Assembly (NCBI GenBank): GCA_030390025.1
Contig: CM059431.1
Location: forward strand, 95,916,001-95,980,000
Direction of reading: 5' to 3'
DNA length: 64,000 bases
Origin: Squalus acanthias
Taxonomy: Eukaryota
Made by a program: the position numbers and the translations under genes. The notes under the pieces are model-generated. The model saw only the letters and a program-made list of their open reading frames with translations. It did not search any database and was not told where the DNA came from. Shown here one piece after another: positions 1-13,008 of this stretch (position 1 is its first letter; each line of letters begins with the position of its first letter).

Positions 1-321
1 CTGCCATGCTAAGCTCTGTGCTAGGAGCACAAGATCATAAATTTATTCCAGTGTTCTTCATTACAATATATATAATGGATATTAGTACCATGGAAAGGAC
101 ATGGTACAGATTCACTAGAATGATCCCCTGAGTGAGTCAGGAGAAAGTGGTTCTAATAGAAGTTTTAAAAATTATGAAGGGTTTTGGAATGTAATTAGTA
201 AAGGATTACTTCCATTGGTTGGTGAATCAGTCACAAGAAGACAATAATTATCATTAGAAGGGTGAAGGGAGTAGTTAGAAGAAATGTTTACACAGTTATT
301 TGAATATCGAATGCTTTGCCA

Positions 322-1257
322 CCATATTAATGACCTGGACTTGGGTATACAGGGCATAATTTCAAAGCTTGCAGATGATTCGAAATTTAGAAATGTTGTA
401 AACAATGAAGCGGATAGTAACAGATTTCAGGAGGGCATAGACAGATGGTTGAAATGGGCACACACATGGCAGATGAAATTTAACGCAGAAGTGTGAAGTG
501 ATACATTTTGGTAGGAAGAATGAGGAGAGGCAGTATAAACTAAATGGTACAAATTTAAAGGGGGTGCAAGAACAGAGAGACCTGGTGGTGTATGTTCACA
601 AATCTTTGAAGGTGGCAGGACAAGTTGTGAAGGCTGTTAATAAAGCATACGGGATCTTTGGCTTTATTAATAGAGGAATAGAGTACAAAGGCAAGGAAGT
701 TATGCTAAACCTTTATAAAAACACTGGTTAGGCCTCAGCTGGAGTATTGTGTACAATTCTGGGCACCACACTTTAGGAGAGGGTGCAGAAGAGATTTACT
801 AGAATGGTACCAGGGATTAAGGACTTCATTTATGTGGAAAGACTGGAGAAGCTGGGGTTGTTCTCCTTAGTGCAGAGAAGGTTAAGGAGAGATTTGATAG
901 AGGTGTTCAAAATCATGATAGAGTAAATAAAGAAAAACTGTTTCCAGTGGCAGAAGGGTCGGTAACCGGAGGACACAGATTTAAGGTGATTGGCAAAAGA
1001 ACCAGAGGCAACATGAGGAAACATGCTTTTAACACAGCAATTGGTTGTGATCTGGAATGCACTGCCTGAGAGTGGTGGAAGCAAATTCAATAGTAACATT
1101 CAAAAGAGAATTGGATAAATACTTGAAAGGCAAAAAACTTAAAGGGCTATGGGGAAAGAGCAGGGGAGTGGGATTAATTGGATGGCTCTCCCAAAGAGGC
1201 ACGATGGGCTGAATGACTTCCTTCTGTACTGTATCATTCTATTATTCTGTGATTCTA
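322..1257 (+). mobile_element. CR1 LINE, 5'-truncated and frameshifted 3' part of ORF2 plus 3'UTR
   Basis: ORF pieces INDLD..SKLADD..WQMKFN and HFGRKN..GFINRGIEYK are CR1 RT motifs; ends in ATTCT-type tail at ~1236-1257. Confidence 0.9.
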
Positions 1258-1259
1258 AG

Positions 1260-1380
1260 TGGCTATTGTGGCAGAGACTATAACATCATTTGAAAGGGAA
1301 TTGGATGAGTATTTGAAAAGAAAAAATGTAAAAGGATATGGGGAAAGGGCAAGGAAATGGGTTAGACTAGACAGCTCCTT
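1260..1380 (+). mobile_element. Short degraded CR1 3'-end fragment
   Basis: tttgaaagggaattggatgagtatttgaaaag...ggatatggggaaagggc resembles the CR1 ORF2 terminus (FKxELD..GYGE). Confidence 0.65.
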
Positions 1381-1495
1381 TTAAAATGGGATTAGAATAG
1401 CCAGATCCAGTTAAAATGGGATTAGAGTAGACAGTTCCAGTTAAAATGTGATTAGAGTAGACAGCACCAGTTAAAATGGGATTAGAGTAGATGGG
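1381..1495 (+). repeat. 30-bp tandem repeat, about 4 copies
   Basis: TTAAAATGGGATTAGAGTAGACAGnnCCAG units start at 1381, 1411, 1441 and 1471. Confidence 0.9.
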
Positions 1496-2020
1496 CACAA
1501 AATTCCACAGCGCCACAAACACAACGCAATGGGGGAAGATGGGATCAGAAATAAGGGCAGGACGCAGTTACACAGACTCCCATCGTTTTCCCACCCATCG
1601 GAATATCTGGCAGTAGTGTGTTGCAGGCGCAATGCATGCCACCATGCGATTGAGAGAAATATGTCAGATGAAACATTTGCCACCATTTGTGCCTTAGCAA
1701 CACTGGGCAAATGGGATACCTGTGTGTATCTGGCATCTAAAAGATCGGTTTCACTACTGCTTTTGATTGAGCCCATCTAAAAATTTTGCCACAAATAGAG
1801 GGCACACCTGTTCTGTGGCAACGCACCACAGCAAAGTCCTTCCCCCTCCCCAGTGGCGTGGGCACCTGCTCAATATATTTAACTGCCTCTGACACTAGGA
1901 ACTGAGTCAAGTTCAGGGATGCAACGTCTAACCACATTAACCTTACACTGACAGAGCGGGAACAGAGGAGACTGGGGCCAAGAGCTCCTGTTGAAGAGCG
2001 AGCATTGGCACAGTCACAAT

Positions 2021-3409
2021 GGCACCAATCCTATCTGGGAGACATGCAGGGAGCGGGGGTGGTCCGATATCGTGTAGAAAACCCGGAAATATGTTAAACG
2101 CGTCTGTCAGTGGCTTTTTAACGCAGCCACCTCATTATTATTTTACTTCCGGGTATCTCGTCCAATCAGCGGCAGCGGGCATGATGAGGTCCCGCATGAT
2201 GTGATCTCAACTCCAGTATTTAAAGAGAAAATGCAAGGATGCAATTTGGAGGTGTTGGAGTTCAGGAGAAGAAAGGAGGAAGGTGACGAATGGAAGCAAG
2301 ACGTGCAAAAGCTGCACCCCTTTTCTGACTGGCATCATTGCAGGCAAAGTTAACATAATTGGCAGCCCTGGCGAACAAGCCATCAGACACATGTTTTATG
2401 CATTTCTGGGCTGCCGACTGCAAGATCCTGCAAATGTCTCCAGCAGAGCACTGGAAGGATCCAGAGGCAAAATAGTTGAGGGCGGTGGTGATTTTGACAG
2501 CCACTGGTAAAGCATGGCTACCAGGTCCAGCTGGCAGCAGGCTGCAGATGTCTGCCACCACCTGACGTGACAACCTGAGCCTCCTGAGACACTGCCGTTC
2601 CAACATGTCGAGGAAGCTGATCCTCTGCCTGTAGACCCTGAGTGGCGGGTATGGCCTCCTGCGAGCTGCACCTCTCTGCTGCTCCCCTCTCTGCTGCTGC
2701 CCTCTCTGCTGCTGCCCTCTCTGCTGCTGCCCTCTCTGCTGCTGCCCTCTCTGCTGCTGCCCTCTCTCCTGTACAGCTACAGGTTTGTGACCAGTAGGCT
2801 GCTGCTGGTGCTGTTGCTGGACATCTTGGTCCTCATCTGAGGTTCAATCTAAGGCAGCATAAGCAGCACCCATCCTGATCTACATAGGATATACGGCACA
2901 GAAACAAGCCATTCGGTCCAACCAGTCCATAACAGATCAAACCTCCAAAGTGTAGATCAAACCTACAAAGTGTGGAAGAAACCGCCAAAGTGTAGAAAGC
3001 CAACTCTCAGCAAAAGTACTCTGAACACTGTTTCCGACTAGCAGGTAAGAAAGCAGTTGTGAGTACTGAGTATGCCGTGCCATATTTCCATGAGATGGAT
3101 TGACCCCCTCAGTTGCTGCTGTGTTCTCGCCTTGCTTTCACTGGCGAGTTTCAGGAAGCCCAGGAAACCCATGGATGACACGTTAAGCTGAAAAATCGGT
3201 GTCAATATCGCTCTAATAGAGCGATTAACATACGTTAATTGCTAACCCGTCTATCCCAAGGGGGTTGCAGGCACACAGCCTAACGCATTGGAGTAAAACC
3301 TGGAAGTTGGCTGGTTAGAGTCGGCTTCCCGACATGCTGTCAATTTCACCAGCTTTAACCTCCCACCCGTTCCCAAACCCACGTGCTCCTCCATATTAAA
3401 ATTCCCGCC
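2021..3409. mobile_element. PIF/Harbinger internal-deletion derivative, same family as the element at 37708
   Basis: AAT on both flanks; 2021-2280 aligns by eye to 37708-37970; carries a transposase 5' fragment; right end ...TTAAAATTCCCGCC. Confidence 0.8.
2285..2873 (-). pseudogene. HARBI1-like Harbinger transposase N-terminal fragment
   Basis: ORF 2262-2606(-): CLRRLRLSRQVV..ALPVAVKITTALNYFASGSFQ..AGDIC; collinear with 43000-43637. Confidence 0.85.
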
Positions 3410-3639
3410 AATGGCTTCCACCTATGTTGTGATTTTGATGAAAATATAAATATATATATTTCCATTTCTCACAATTCAAAGTTGCTTAAATTTGAATTAA
3501 CTGATAAATCAAAAAAATTAGCCCAAAATTCCCACTTTGTCGTGTTATTTATGTTGCTTAATTCAAACTTTGAATTATATATATTTACTTAATGCAATTG
3601 GTAGACAGAAACTCATGAAAATAATATCTAAATCAAAAC

Positions 3640-3768
3640 ACAACAGCACCTCCAACAATGCCGCACTCTCTCACTAGTGCATTGAAGTCCCAGTCCTGAA
3701 GTGGGGCTTGAAACTCACAACCTTTGATTCAGAGGCAGGAGTGCTACCAATTAAGGCAAACTGACACT
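3640..3768 (-). mobile_element. tRNA-derived SINE head fragment (SacSINE1/DeuSINE-like)
   Basis: Reverse complement resembles the 5' part of the SINEs at 6878 and 51815 (TGGTAGCACTC..GGTTGTGAGTTTCAAGCCCCAC). Confidence 0.7.
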
Positions 3769-5867
3769 TCATTGCAATATAAGAAAGAATCACATCAGAC
3801 ATCCTTTAACAAATTTGGTGACAATCCTGCAAGACACTGGCAAGCTGATAAGTTCAAGTGTAACTGTTCAACTACTTGCTCACACAGCGCCACTTTTAAA
3901 CTCAGAATCACTTGTCAAGTTCAGTCAAAAGAAAACAAATAAACAAATTTGCCTGCTGGATCAGTCAGTAAATACACTGCATGATGTGCTGCTACGTTAT
4001 CCATCTTGATCTCTGGCTGATTTTAACTTGGGCAACCATAGGGGCGCTACAATTGGCCTTAGCCTCTAAGCTAAGAGAAGCAAGTATCAACCAAGGTTAC
4101 CACTCATCATTGCAATTCAGTGACCCCTGTTAGAAAATGCACGTGCCAATAATGGTGCCTGTGTTGCTGCACTGTAGCATGAAAGTAGCCTTTAGCGGTA
4201 GAGGAGGAGAAGGAAATAAATCTCTATGAGCAAGTCTGAATGGCATCATTAGTTAGACATGCATGCAGTTCACTGAGGAATGTTTTAAATGGTACTTAAT
4301 GGGTTGGGGTGGTGGGCCATGATCCCTGTGAAGTTTGTTTAGAACCTGATTGATAAGTTATCAACGCAAATTAGAGTCCACAGCCAGAAACTCTGAATGA
4401 CAGAAAAATGGCAGACAGCACACCTGATGGAGTGAGACAGGATTAAATAAAAAAAGTGAAATTAATCTTCTATTATAATATTTGATACTATACTTTCTGG
4501 AAATTATTGTTTCTTTCAAGGTTAGTTAGTAATTAAAAAACATTTATCATTATGCAACATGCTGATGAAATGATCAGCTTTTCATGAAGTCGCTTAAAAT
4601 TTTCTTAATTCGAGACAAATTCTAATGCTTGATTTTCCTTTATTTTAAGTTGGGGATTTTTTGCTGAGAGTAAACTAGAATGAATCTGCTTACCTATCCC
4701 AAGTTGCTTTGCATTTCAGCACATCGCAAATCAGGCAAGCGGTTTTCTTTCTCAGCCAGGCCAGCCCTATAAACAAGCAGACACGGTTGGAATGCAGCTC
4801 TCTACATTATGAGCCATTTTGATTTTGGATAAGGTACACACTGATCTACATGTCTGTCCCTTGAGTGCTGATTAGTGAGGATAATAATGCTCGACACCTG
4901 CAATACAGGCAACTGCACAAATACCCCTGTCACAGCAGAAAAATTAACATAAATAGGAAAGAAAAAAACAAGATACTGAAGAGTAAAAATAAGGAATTTT
5001 TGAGTATGTAGGATCCCCAGACTCATAGCCGACCCAGTGTCACCAGACGATGACAAATACTAGATTAATGTGCACAGCTGATGTCAGTGACAAATCACTG
5101 TTTATGTTTCACAGGCAGAGCTATCTACACTGGAGCAATTTACAACGGCTGCTCCACCCACCTTGGCACGCACACAAGTATCAGCCAGACACCATTAAAG
5201 GAGGAGGCCACACCATACATCTTCCTGCATCACATTTACATTTGATTAAGAGCTCCCGTGGCCCTTTCTTCACAAATTGTGCTGGTTAAGGTCCAGGTGA
5301 ATATCACTGATTTGCAATAAACCCTGTGTGAAGCGCCTGGTAAAAACATGAATCCTCCTCAATGAGTGGATTGTTGCTCTGCTAATAGAAAGTGTTTGAA
5401 AAAAAGTCAAAAGAAATGCACTGAAACAGTGGGGTGTGGCGGATCACCACCTAAAACGGGCATAATCCACTCTTCCGTCTGTGGACAAATTTCCAGCACC
5501 TTCCCCTTTAAGGCACATTACCTTTAAGGCAGAAGGGGGCGGGGCCTCAGGTTTTACCCAGAGAATTCTGGGAGCAGCTCTCTCAGCCATTTTTGTGTGC
5601 CATGCAGTGAATTAAAGTTTTCTTGTTTTCCACATATGGATTCAGCCTCCATTCGTGTTTCGCGGCAGCCTCAACATGGGGTAAATTTTGCAAGGCTTTG
5701 TTCCTGGCACAGCACGGGTCAGAGAGAGGGCTATAACTCCACAGGCCTGATTCGCCAATCAGCACTAATATATACACCTCGGTAAACTAAAGCTAAGTAT
5801 GGACAAATATAACCATGCACAAAACCAGAAGGAAACATGCAGAACTAAAAAGTGATACATCCTATAT

Positions 5868-6042
5868 GCACATAAGAACATAAGAACATAAGAAGTAGGA
5901 GCAGGAGTAGGCCATACGACCCTTCGGGCCTACTCCACCATTCAATAGGATCATGGCTGATCTGAACCTAGACTCATGTCCACTTCCCTGCCTGCTCCCC
6001 ATAACCCTTAATTCCCTTATCAGCTAGGAAACTGTCTATCTC
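5868..6042 (-). mobile_element. CR1 3'-end fragment
   Basis: (ACATAAGA)n tail and conserved 3' motif GGAGCAGGAGTAGGCCAT; related to the element at 57028-57330. Confidence 0.85.
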
Positions 6043-6830
6043 ATACATAATTACATACACAATTCTCAATGCACGACTCCCCCATGCCCACCCGTCGCAA
6101 TAACTCACCTACCAACAATCTGCACCAATCATGGGGCACATCTTCCATTCCTAGCCTCACCTCACCCCTTTGGAGGAGATAATGCAGGCCATTCTTGGCA
6201 GGGGCATGGCTGAGCCCTTGGCCAGCAGCAGGGCTGAAAGGATACAAGATGCTGGTATCCTCATACGTGATCCTCCTTCTGGCATGCACCTCATGCTTTC
6301 CCACCCTCCCCTCACCACAACTCCACCCTTGTGCCTTCCTCATTTCACACACCCAAGAAATGCAGCCTGCCCAGCCAGTGGTTGACCAAGAAGAGGGCGA
6401 GGAGAGTGAAGAAGAAGAAGAAGAAAAAGACAATTCATTTAACACTCCCAGCCACCAGCTCCTCAAGGTCGACCAGCAAGGCCATTTGCAGTGTCCCCCA
6501 CTGAAAGTCAGCAGCCTTCCACCAGCCATGCTGCAGCCACTGGGGTAGCACTGTGTGACATCAGTAGGATAGGCAAAGGCACACACAAGACAGGCACTAA
6601 CAGAATGCATATGGGTGATGAGTTGATTTCTTGATGGCATATTGGATGGAAAGATGAATAAAGTTGGGACTGCTTTGTGGTGGTTTTTATTTCAGCATTG
6701 TAGCCAACAGGACGCTGTGATGGTTCGTAACAGAGGGAAGGTAAGGTGTGGGACTAATGTTGAAAGGGGAATTGGGGATGTGGTCCGTTTATAATGGCAG
6801 GGATAGACCAACTGATCCATATCCTGGCCT
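6043..6830 (+). mobile_element. Harbinger Myb/SANT-gene remnant
   Basis: C/A-rich intron-like tract, LEEIMQAILGR exon-like piece, acidic EEEE tract and CAGCCTTCCACCAGC 3' segment parallel the gene at 45432-47330. Confidence 0.6.
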
Positions 6831-6877
6831 GATGTAACTCTTTCCTTAAATCCAAAGATGGAAAAGAAGCTGTATAT

Positions 6878-7290
6878 TAGTGGGTAGCACTCTCACCTCT
6901 GGAATCAGAAGGTTGTGGATTCAAATCTCACTTCAGGGACTTGAGCACAAAAATCAAAGCTGACACACCAGTGCAGTACTGAGGGAGTACTGCACTTTCT
7001 TTCGGATGAGACATTAAACAGAGTGGATGTAAAAGATCCCATGGCACTATTTCGAGTTATTCCCTGTGTCCTGGCCAATATTCAAACCTCAATCAACAGA
7101 ACAAAAACAGATTATCAGGTCATTTTCACATAGCTACATGTGGGATCAAGTAGTGCGCAAATTGGCTGTCTTGTTTCCTACATTACAACAATGACTACAC
7201 TCCAAAAGTAATTCATTGGCAGTAAAGTGCATTGAGACGGTGGTCGTGAAAGGCGACATATAAATGCAAGCCTTTAATTCTTTCTTACAA
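6878..7290 (+). mobile_element. SacSINE1/DeuSINE-like SINE
   Basis: tRNA-like head, Deu-type core (GATGTAAAAGATCCCATGGCACTATTTCG..GTGCGCAAATTGGCTG), L2-like tail GTGAAAGGCG..ATATAAATGCAAG; TATATTAGTG at 6873-6882 and 7291-7300. Confidence 0.85.
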
Positions 7291-7846
7291 TATATTAGTG
7301 AGATGTGCTGGCGCTATATATTTGTGAGATGTGTTAGTGCTATATATTAGTGAGATGTGTTGGTGCTATATATTAGTCGGATGTGTTGGTGCTATATATT
7401 AGTGGATGTGTTGGTGCTATATATTAGTGAGATGTGTTGGTGTTATATATTGGTGAGATGTGTTGTTGCTATATATTAATGGGATGTGTTGCTGCTATAT
7501 AATAGTGAGATGTATTGGTGCTATATATTAGTGAGATGTGTTGGTGTTATATATTAGTGAGATGTGTTGGTGCTATATATTAGTGGGATGTGTTGGTGCT
7601 ATATATTAGTGGGATGTGTTGGTGCTATATATTAGTGAGATGTGTTGGTGCTATATATTAGTGGGATGTGTTGGTGCTATATATTATTGGGATATGTTGG
7701 TGCTTTATATTAGTGGGATGTGTGGGTGCTATAAATTAGTGAGATGTGTTGGTGCTATATATTAGTGAGATGTGTTGGTGCTATATATTAGTGAGATATG
7801 ATGGTGCTATATATTAGTGAGATGTGTTGGTGCTATATATTAGTGA
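7291..7846 (+). repeat. 26-bp satellite, block 1
   Basis: Unit GATGTGTTGGTGCTATATATTAGTG(A/G). Confidence 0.97.
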
Positions 7847-8615
7847 GATTATTATCTGAATGGCAATATATTGGGAGAAGGGGAAGTGCAACGAGACCTG
7901 GGTGTCCTTGTGCACCAGTCGCTGAAGGTAACCATGCAGGTGCAGCAGGCGGTTAAGAAGGCAAATGGTATGTTGGCCTTCATAGCGAGAGGGTTTGAGT
8001 ACAGGAACAAGGATGTCTTGCTGCAGTTGTACAGGGCCTTGGTGAGACCACACCTTGAGTACTGTGTGCAGTTTTGGTCGCCTTATCTGAGGAAGGATGT
8101 TCTTGCCATGGAAGGAGTTCAGCGAAGATACACAAGGCTGATACCTGGGATGGCAGGAATGACGTATGAAGAAAGATTGGGTCGATTGGGCTTATACTCG
8201 CTGGAGTTTAGACGAATGAGAGGGGATCTCATTGAAACTTATAAAATTCTGACAGGACAGGACAAACTAGATGCAGGAAGGATGTTCCTGATGGTCGGGG
8301 AGTCCAGAACCAGGGGTCACAGTCTAAGGATAAGGGGTAAGCCATTTAGGACGGAAATGAGGAGGAATTTCTTCACCCAGAGAGTGGTGAACCTGTGGAA
8401 TTCTCTGCCACAGAAGGCAGTAGAGGCCAATTCATTAAATAGATTCAAGAAGGAGTTGGATAGATTTCTTAAGGCTAAAGGGATCAAGGGATATGGGGAG
8501 AAAGCAGGGACAGGGTACTGAATTTGGATGATCAGCCATGATCGCATTGAATCCCGGAGCAGGCTAGAGGGGCCGAATGGCCTACTCCTGCTCCTATCTT
8601 CTATGATTCTATGAT
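7847..8615 (+). mobile_element. 5'-truncated CR1, copy 1 of a duplicated pair
   Basis: Open 216-aa ORF 7871-8521 (RPHLEYCVQFWSP..FFTQRVVNLWN..GYGEKAGTGY), 3'UTR and ATTCTATG tail. Confidence 0.95.
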
Positions 8616-10992
8616 GAGTTGGTGATATATATTAGTGAGATGTGTGGGTGCTTTATATTAGTGAGATGTGTTGGTGCTGTATATTAGTGGGATGTGTTGG
8701 TGCTATATATTAGTGAGATGTGTTGGTGCTATATATTAGTGAGATGTGTTGGTGCTATATATTAGTGAGATGTGTTGGTGCTATATATTAGTGGGATGTG
8801 TTGGTGCTATATATTAGTGAGATGTGTTGGTGCTATATATTAGTGGGATATGTTGGTGCTATATATTAGTGGGATGTGTTGGTGCTATATATTAGTGGGA
8901 TGTGTTGGTGCTATATATTAGTGGGATGTGTTGGTGCTGTATATTAGTGAGATGTGTTGGTGCTATATATTAGTGAGATTTGCTGGTGCTATATATTAGT
9001 GGGATGTGTTGGTGCTATATATTAGTGGGATGTGTTGGTGCTATATATTAGTGAGATGTGTTGGTGCTATATATTAGTGGGATGTGTTGGTGCTATATAT
9101 TAGTGGGATGTGTTGGTGTTATATATTAGTGGGATGTGTTGGTGTTATATATTAGTGGGATGTGTTGGTGCTATATATTAGTGGGATGTGTTGGTGCTAT
9201 ATATTAGTGAGATTTGCTGGTGCTATATATTAGTGGGATGTGTTGGTGCTATATATTAGTGGGATGTGCTGGTGCTATATATTAGTGAGATGTGCTGGTG
9301 CTATATATTAGTGGGATGTGTTGGTGCTATATATTAGTGGGATGTGTTGGTGCTATATATTAGTGGGATGTGTTGGTGCTATATATTAGTGAGATTTGCT
9401 GGTGCTATATATTAGTGGGATGTGTTGGTGCTATATATTAGTGGGATGTGTTGGTGCTATATATTAGTGAGATGTGTTGGTGCTATATATTAGTGAGATG
9501 TGTTGGTGCTATATATTAGTGGGATGTGTTGGTGCTATATATTAGTGAGATGTGTTGGTGCTATATATTAGTGAGATGTGTTGGTGCTATATATTAGTGG
9601 ATGTGTTGGTGCTATATATTAGTGGATGTGTTGGTGCTATATATTAGTGGATGTGTGGTGCTATATATTAGTTGGATGTGTTGGTGCTATATATTAGTGA
9701 GATGTGTTGGTGCTATATATTAGTGAGATGTGTTGGTGCTATATATTAGTGAGATTTGCTGGTGCTATATATTAGTGGATGTGTTGGTGCTATATATAGT
9801 GGATGTGTTGGTGCTATATATTAGTGAGATGTGCTGGTGCTATATATTAGTGGGATGTGTTGGTGCTATATATTAGTGGGATGTGTTGGTGCTATATATT
9901 AGTGAGATGTGTTGGTGCTATATATTAGTGAGATGTGTTGGTGCTATATATTAGTGGGATGTGTTGGTGCTATATATTAGTGGGATGTGTTGGTGCTATA
10001 TATTAGTGGGATGTGTTGGTGCTATATATTAGTGGGATGTGTTGGTGCTATATATTAGTGGGATGTGTTGGTGCTATATATTAGTGAGATGTGTTGGTGC
10101 TATATATTAGTGGATGTGTTGGTGCTATATATTAGTGGATGTGTTGGTGCTATATATTAGTGGGATGTGTTGGTGCTATATATTAGTGGATGTGTTGGTG
10201 CTATATATTAGTGGGATGTGTTGGTGCTATATATTAGTGGATGTGTTGGTGCTATATATTAGTGGATGTGTTGGTGCTATATATTAGTGGGATGTGTTGG
10301 TGCTATATATTAGTGGGATGTGTTGGTGCTATATATTAGTGGGATGTGTTGGTGCTATATATTAGTGGGATGTGTTGGTGCTATATATTAGTGGGATGTG
10401 CTGGTGCTATATATTAGTGGAATATGTTGGTTCTTTATATTAGTGGGATGTGTTGGTGCTATATATTTGTGGGATATGTTGGTGCTATATATTAGTGGGA
10501 TGTGTTGGTGTTATATATTAGTGGGATGTGCTGGTGCTATATATTAGTGGAATATGTTGGTGCTTTATATTAGTGGGATGTGTTGGTGCTATATATTAGT
10601 GAGATGTGTTGGTGCTATATATTAGTGAGATGTGTTGGTGCTATATATTAGTGTGATTTGCTGGTGCTATATATTAGTGGGATGTGTTGGTGCAATATAT
10701 TAGTGAGATGTGTTGGTGCTATATATTAGTGAGATTTGCTGGTGCTATATATTAGTGAGATTTGTTGGCGCTATATATTAGTGGGATGTGTTGGTGCTAT
10801 ATATTAGTGAGATTTGTTGGTGCTATATATTAGTGAGATTTGCTGGCGCTATATATTAGTGGGATATGTTGGTGCTATATATTAGTGAGATGTGTTGGTG
10901 CTATATATTAGTGAGATGTGTTGGTGCTATATATTAGTGAGATGTGTTGGTGCTATATATTAGTGAGATGTGTTGGTGCTATATATTAGTGA
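8616..10992 (+). repeat. 26-bp satellite, block 2
   Basis: Same unit; about 90 highly homogeneous monomers. Confidence 0.97.
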
Positions 10993-11761
10993 GATTATTA
11001 TCTGAATGGCAATATATTGGGAGAAGGGGAAGTGCAACGAGACCTGGGTGTCCTTGTGCACCAGTCGCTGAAGGTAAGCATGCAGGTGCAGCAGGCGGTT
11101 AAGAAGGCAAATGGTATGTTGGCCTTCATAGCGAGAGGGTTTGAGTACAGGAACAAGGATGTCTTGCTGCAGTTGTACAGGGCCTTGGTGAGACCACACC
11201 TTGAGTACTGTGTGCAGTTTTGGTCGCCTTATCTGAGGAAGGATGTTCTTGCCATGGAAGGAGTTCAGCGAAGATACACAAGGCTGATACCTGGGATGGC
11301 AGGAATGACGTATGAAGAAAGATTGGGTCGATTGGGCTTATACTCGCTGGAGTTTAGACGAATGAGAGGGGATCTCATTGAAACTTATAAAATTCTGACA
11401 GGACAGGACAAACTAGATGCAGGAAGGATGTTCCCGATGGTCGGGGAGTCCAGAACCAGGGGTCACAGTCTAAGGATAAGGGGTAAGCCATTTAGGACGG
11501 AAATGAGGAGGAATTTCTTCACCCAGAGAGTGGTGAACCTGTGGAATTCTCTGCCACAGAAGGCAGTAGAGGCCAATTCATTAAATAGATTCAAGAAGGA
11601 GTTGGATAGATTTCTTAAGGCTAAAGGGATCAAGGGATATGGGGAGAAAGCAGGGACAGGGTACTGAATTTGGATGATCAGCCATGATCGCATTGAATCC
11701 CGGAGCAGGCTAGAGGGGCCGAATGGCCTACTCCTGCTCCTATCTTCTAAGATTCTATGAT
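10993..11761 (+). mobile_element. 5'-truncated CR1, copy 2 of a duplicated pair
   Basis: ORF 11017-11667 differs from 7871-8521 at only two amino acids; both junctions are the same. Confidence 0.95.
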
Positions 11762-13008
11762 GAGTTGGTGCTATATATTAGTGAGATGTGTGGGTGCTTT
11801 ATACTAGTGAGATGTGTTGGTGCTATATATTAGTGGGATGTGTTGGTGCTATATATTAGTGAGATGTGTTGGTGCTATACATTAGTGAGATGTGTTGGTG
11901 CTATATATTAGTGAGATGTGTTGGTGTTATATATTGGTGGGATGTGTTGGTGTTATATATTAGTGGGATGTGTTGGTGCTATATATTAGTGAGATTTGCT
12001 GGTGCTATATATTAGTGGGATGTGTTGGTGCTATATATTAGTGGGATGTGTTGGTGCTATATATTAGCGGGATGTGTTGGTGCTGTATATTAGTGGGATG
12101 TGTTGGTGCTATATATTAGTGAGATTTGCTGGTGCTATATATTAGTGGGATGTGTTGGTGCTATATATTAGTAGGATGTGTTGGTGCTATATATTAGTGA
12201 GATGTGTTGGTGCTATATATTAGTGGGATGTGTTGGTGCTATATATTAGTGGGATGTGTTGGTGTTATATATTAGTGGGATGTGTTGGTGTTATATATTA
12301 GTGGGATGTGTTGGTGCTATATATTAGTGGGATGTGTTGGTGCTATATATTAGTGAGATTTGCTGGTGCTATATATTAGTGGGATGTGTTGGTGCTATAT
12401 ATTATTGGGATGTGCTGGTGCTATATATTAGTGAGATTTGCTGGTGCTATATATTAGTGGGATGTGTTGGTGCTATATATTAGTGGGATGTGTTGGTGCT
12501 ATATATTAGTGGGATGTGTTGGTGCTATATATTAGTGAAATTTGCTGGTGCTATATTGTAGTGGGATGTGTTGGTGCTATATATTAGTGGGATGTGTTGG
12601 TGCTATATATTAGTGAGATGTGTTGGTGCTATATATTCGTGAGATGTGTTGGTGCTATATATTAGTGGGATGTGTTGGTGCTATATATTAGTGGGATGTG
12701 TTGGTGCTATATATTAGTGAGATGTGTTGGTGCTATATATTAGTTGGATGTGTTGGTGCTATATATTAGTGGGATGTGTTGGTGCTATATATTAGTGGGA
12801 TGTGCTGGTGCTATATATTAGTTGGATGTGTTGGTGCTATATATTAGTGGGATGTGCTGGTGCTATATATTAGTGAGATGTGTTGCTGCCATATATTAGT
12901 GAGATTTGCTGGTGCTATATATTAGTGAGATGTGTGGGTGCTATATATTAGTGAGATGTGTTGGTGCTACATATTAGTGAGATGTGTTGGTGCTATATAT
13001 TAGTGAGA
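11762..13008 (+). repeat. 26-bp satellite, block 3
   Basis: Same unit. Confidence 0.97.

Noticed and set aside
1500..1960. Short ORFs at 1471-1937 as a host exon
   Set aside because: No recognisable domain and no consistent splice signals; may be an old MITE remnant.
9590..10270. 25-bp monomer variants (GTGGAT) as a distinct subfamily
   Set aside because: A single G missing from GGG could be homopolymer sequencing error and cannot be resolved here.
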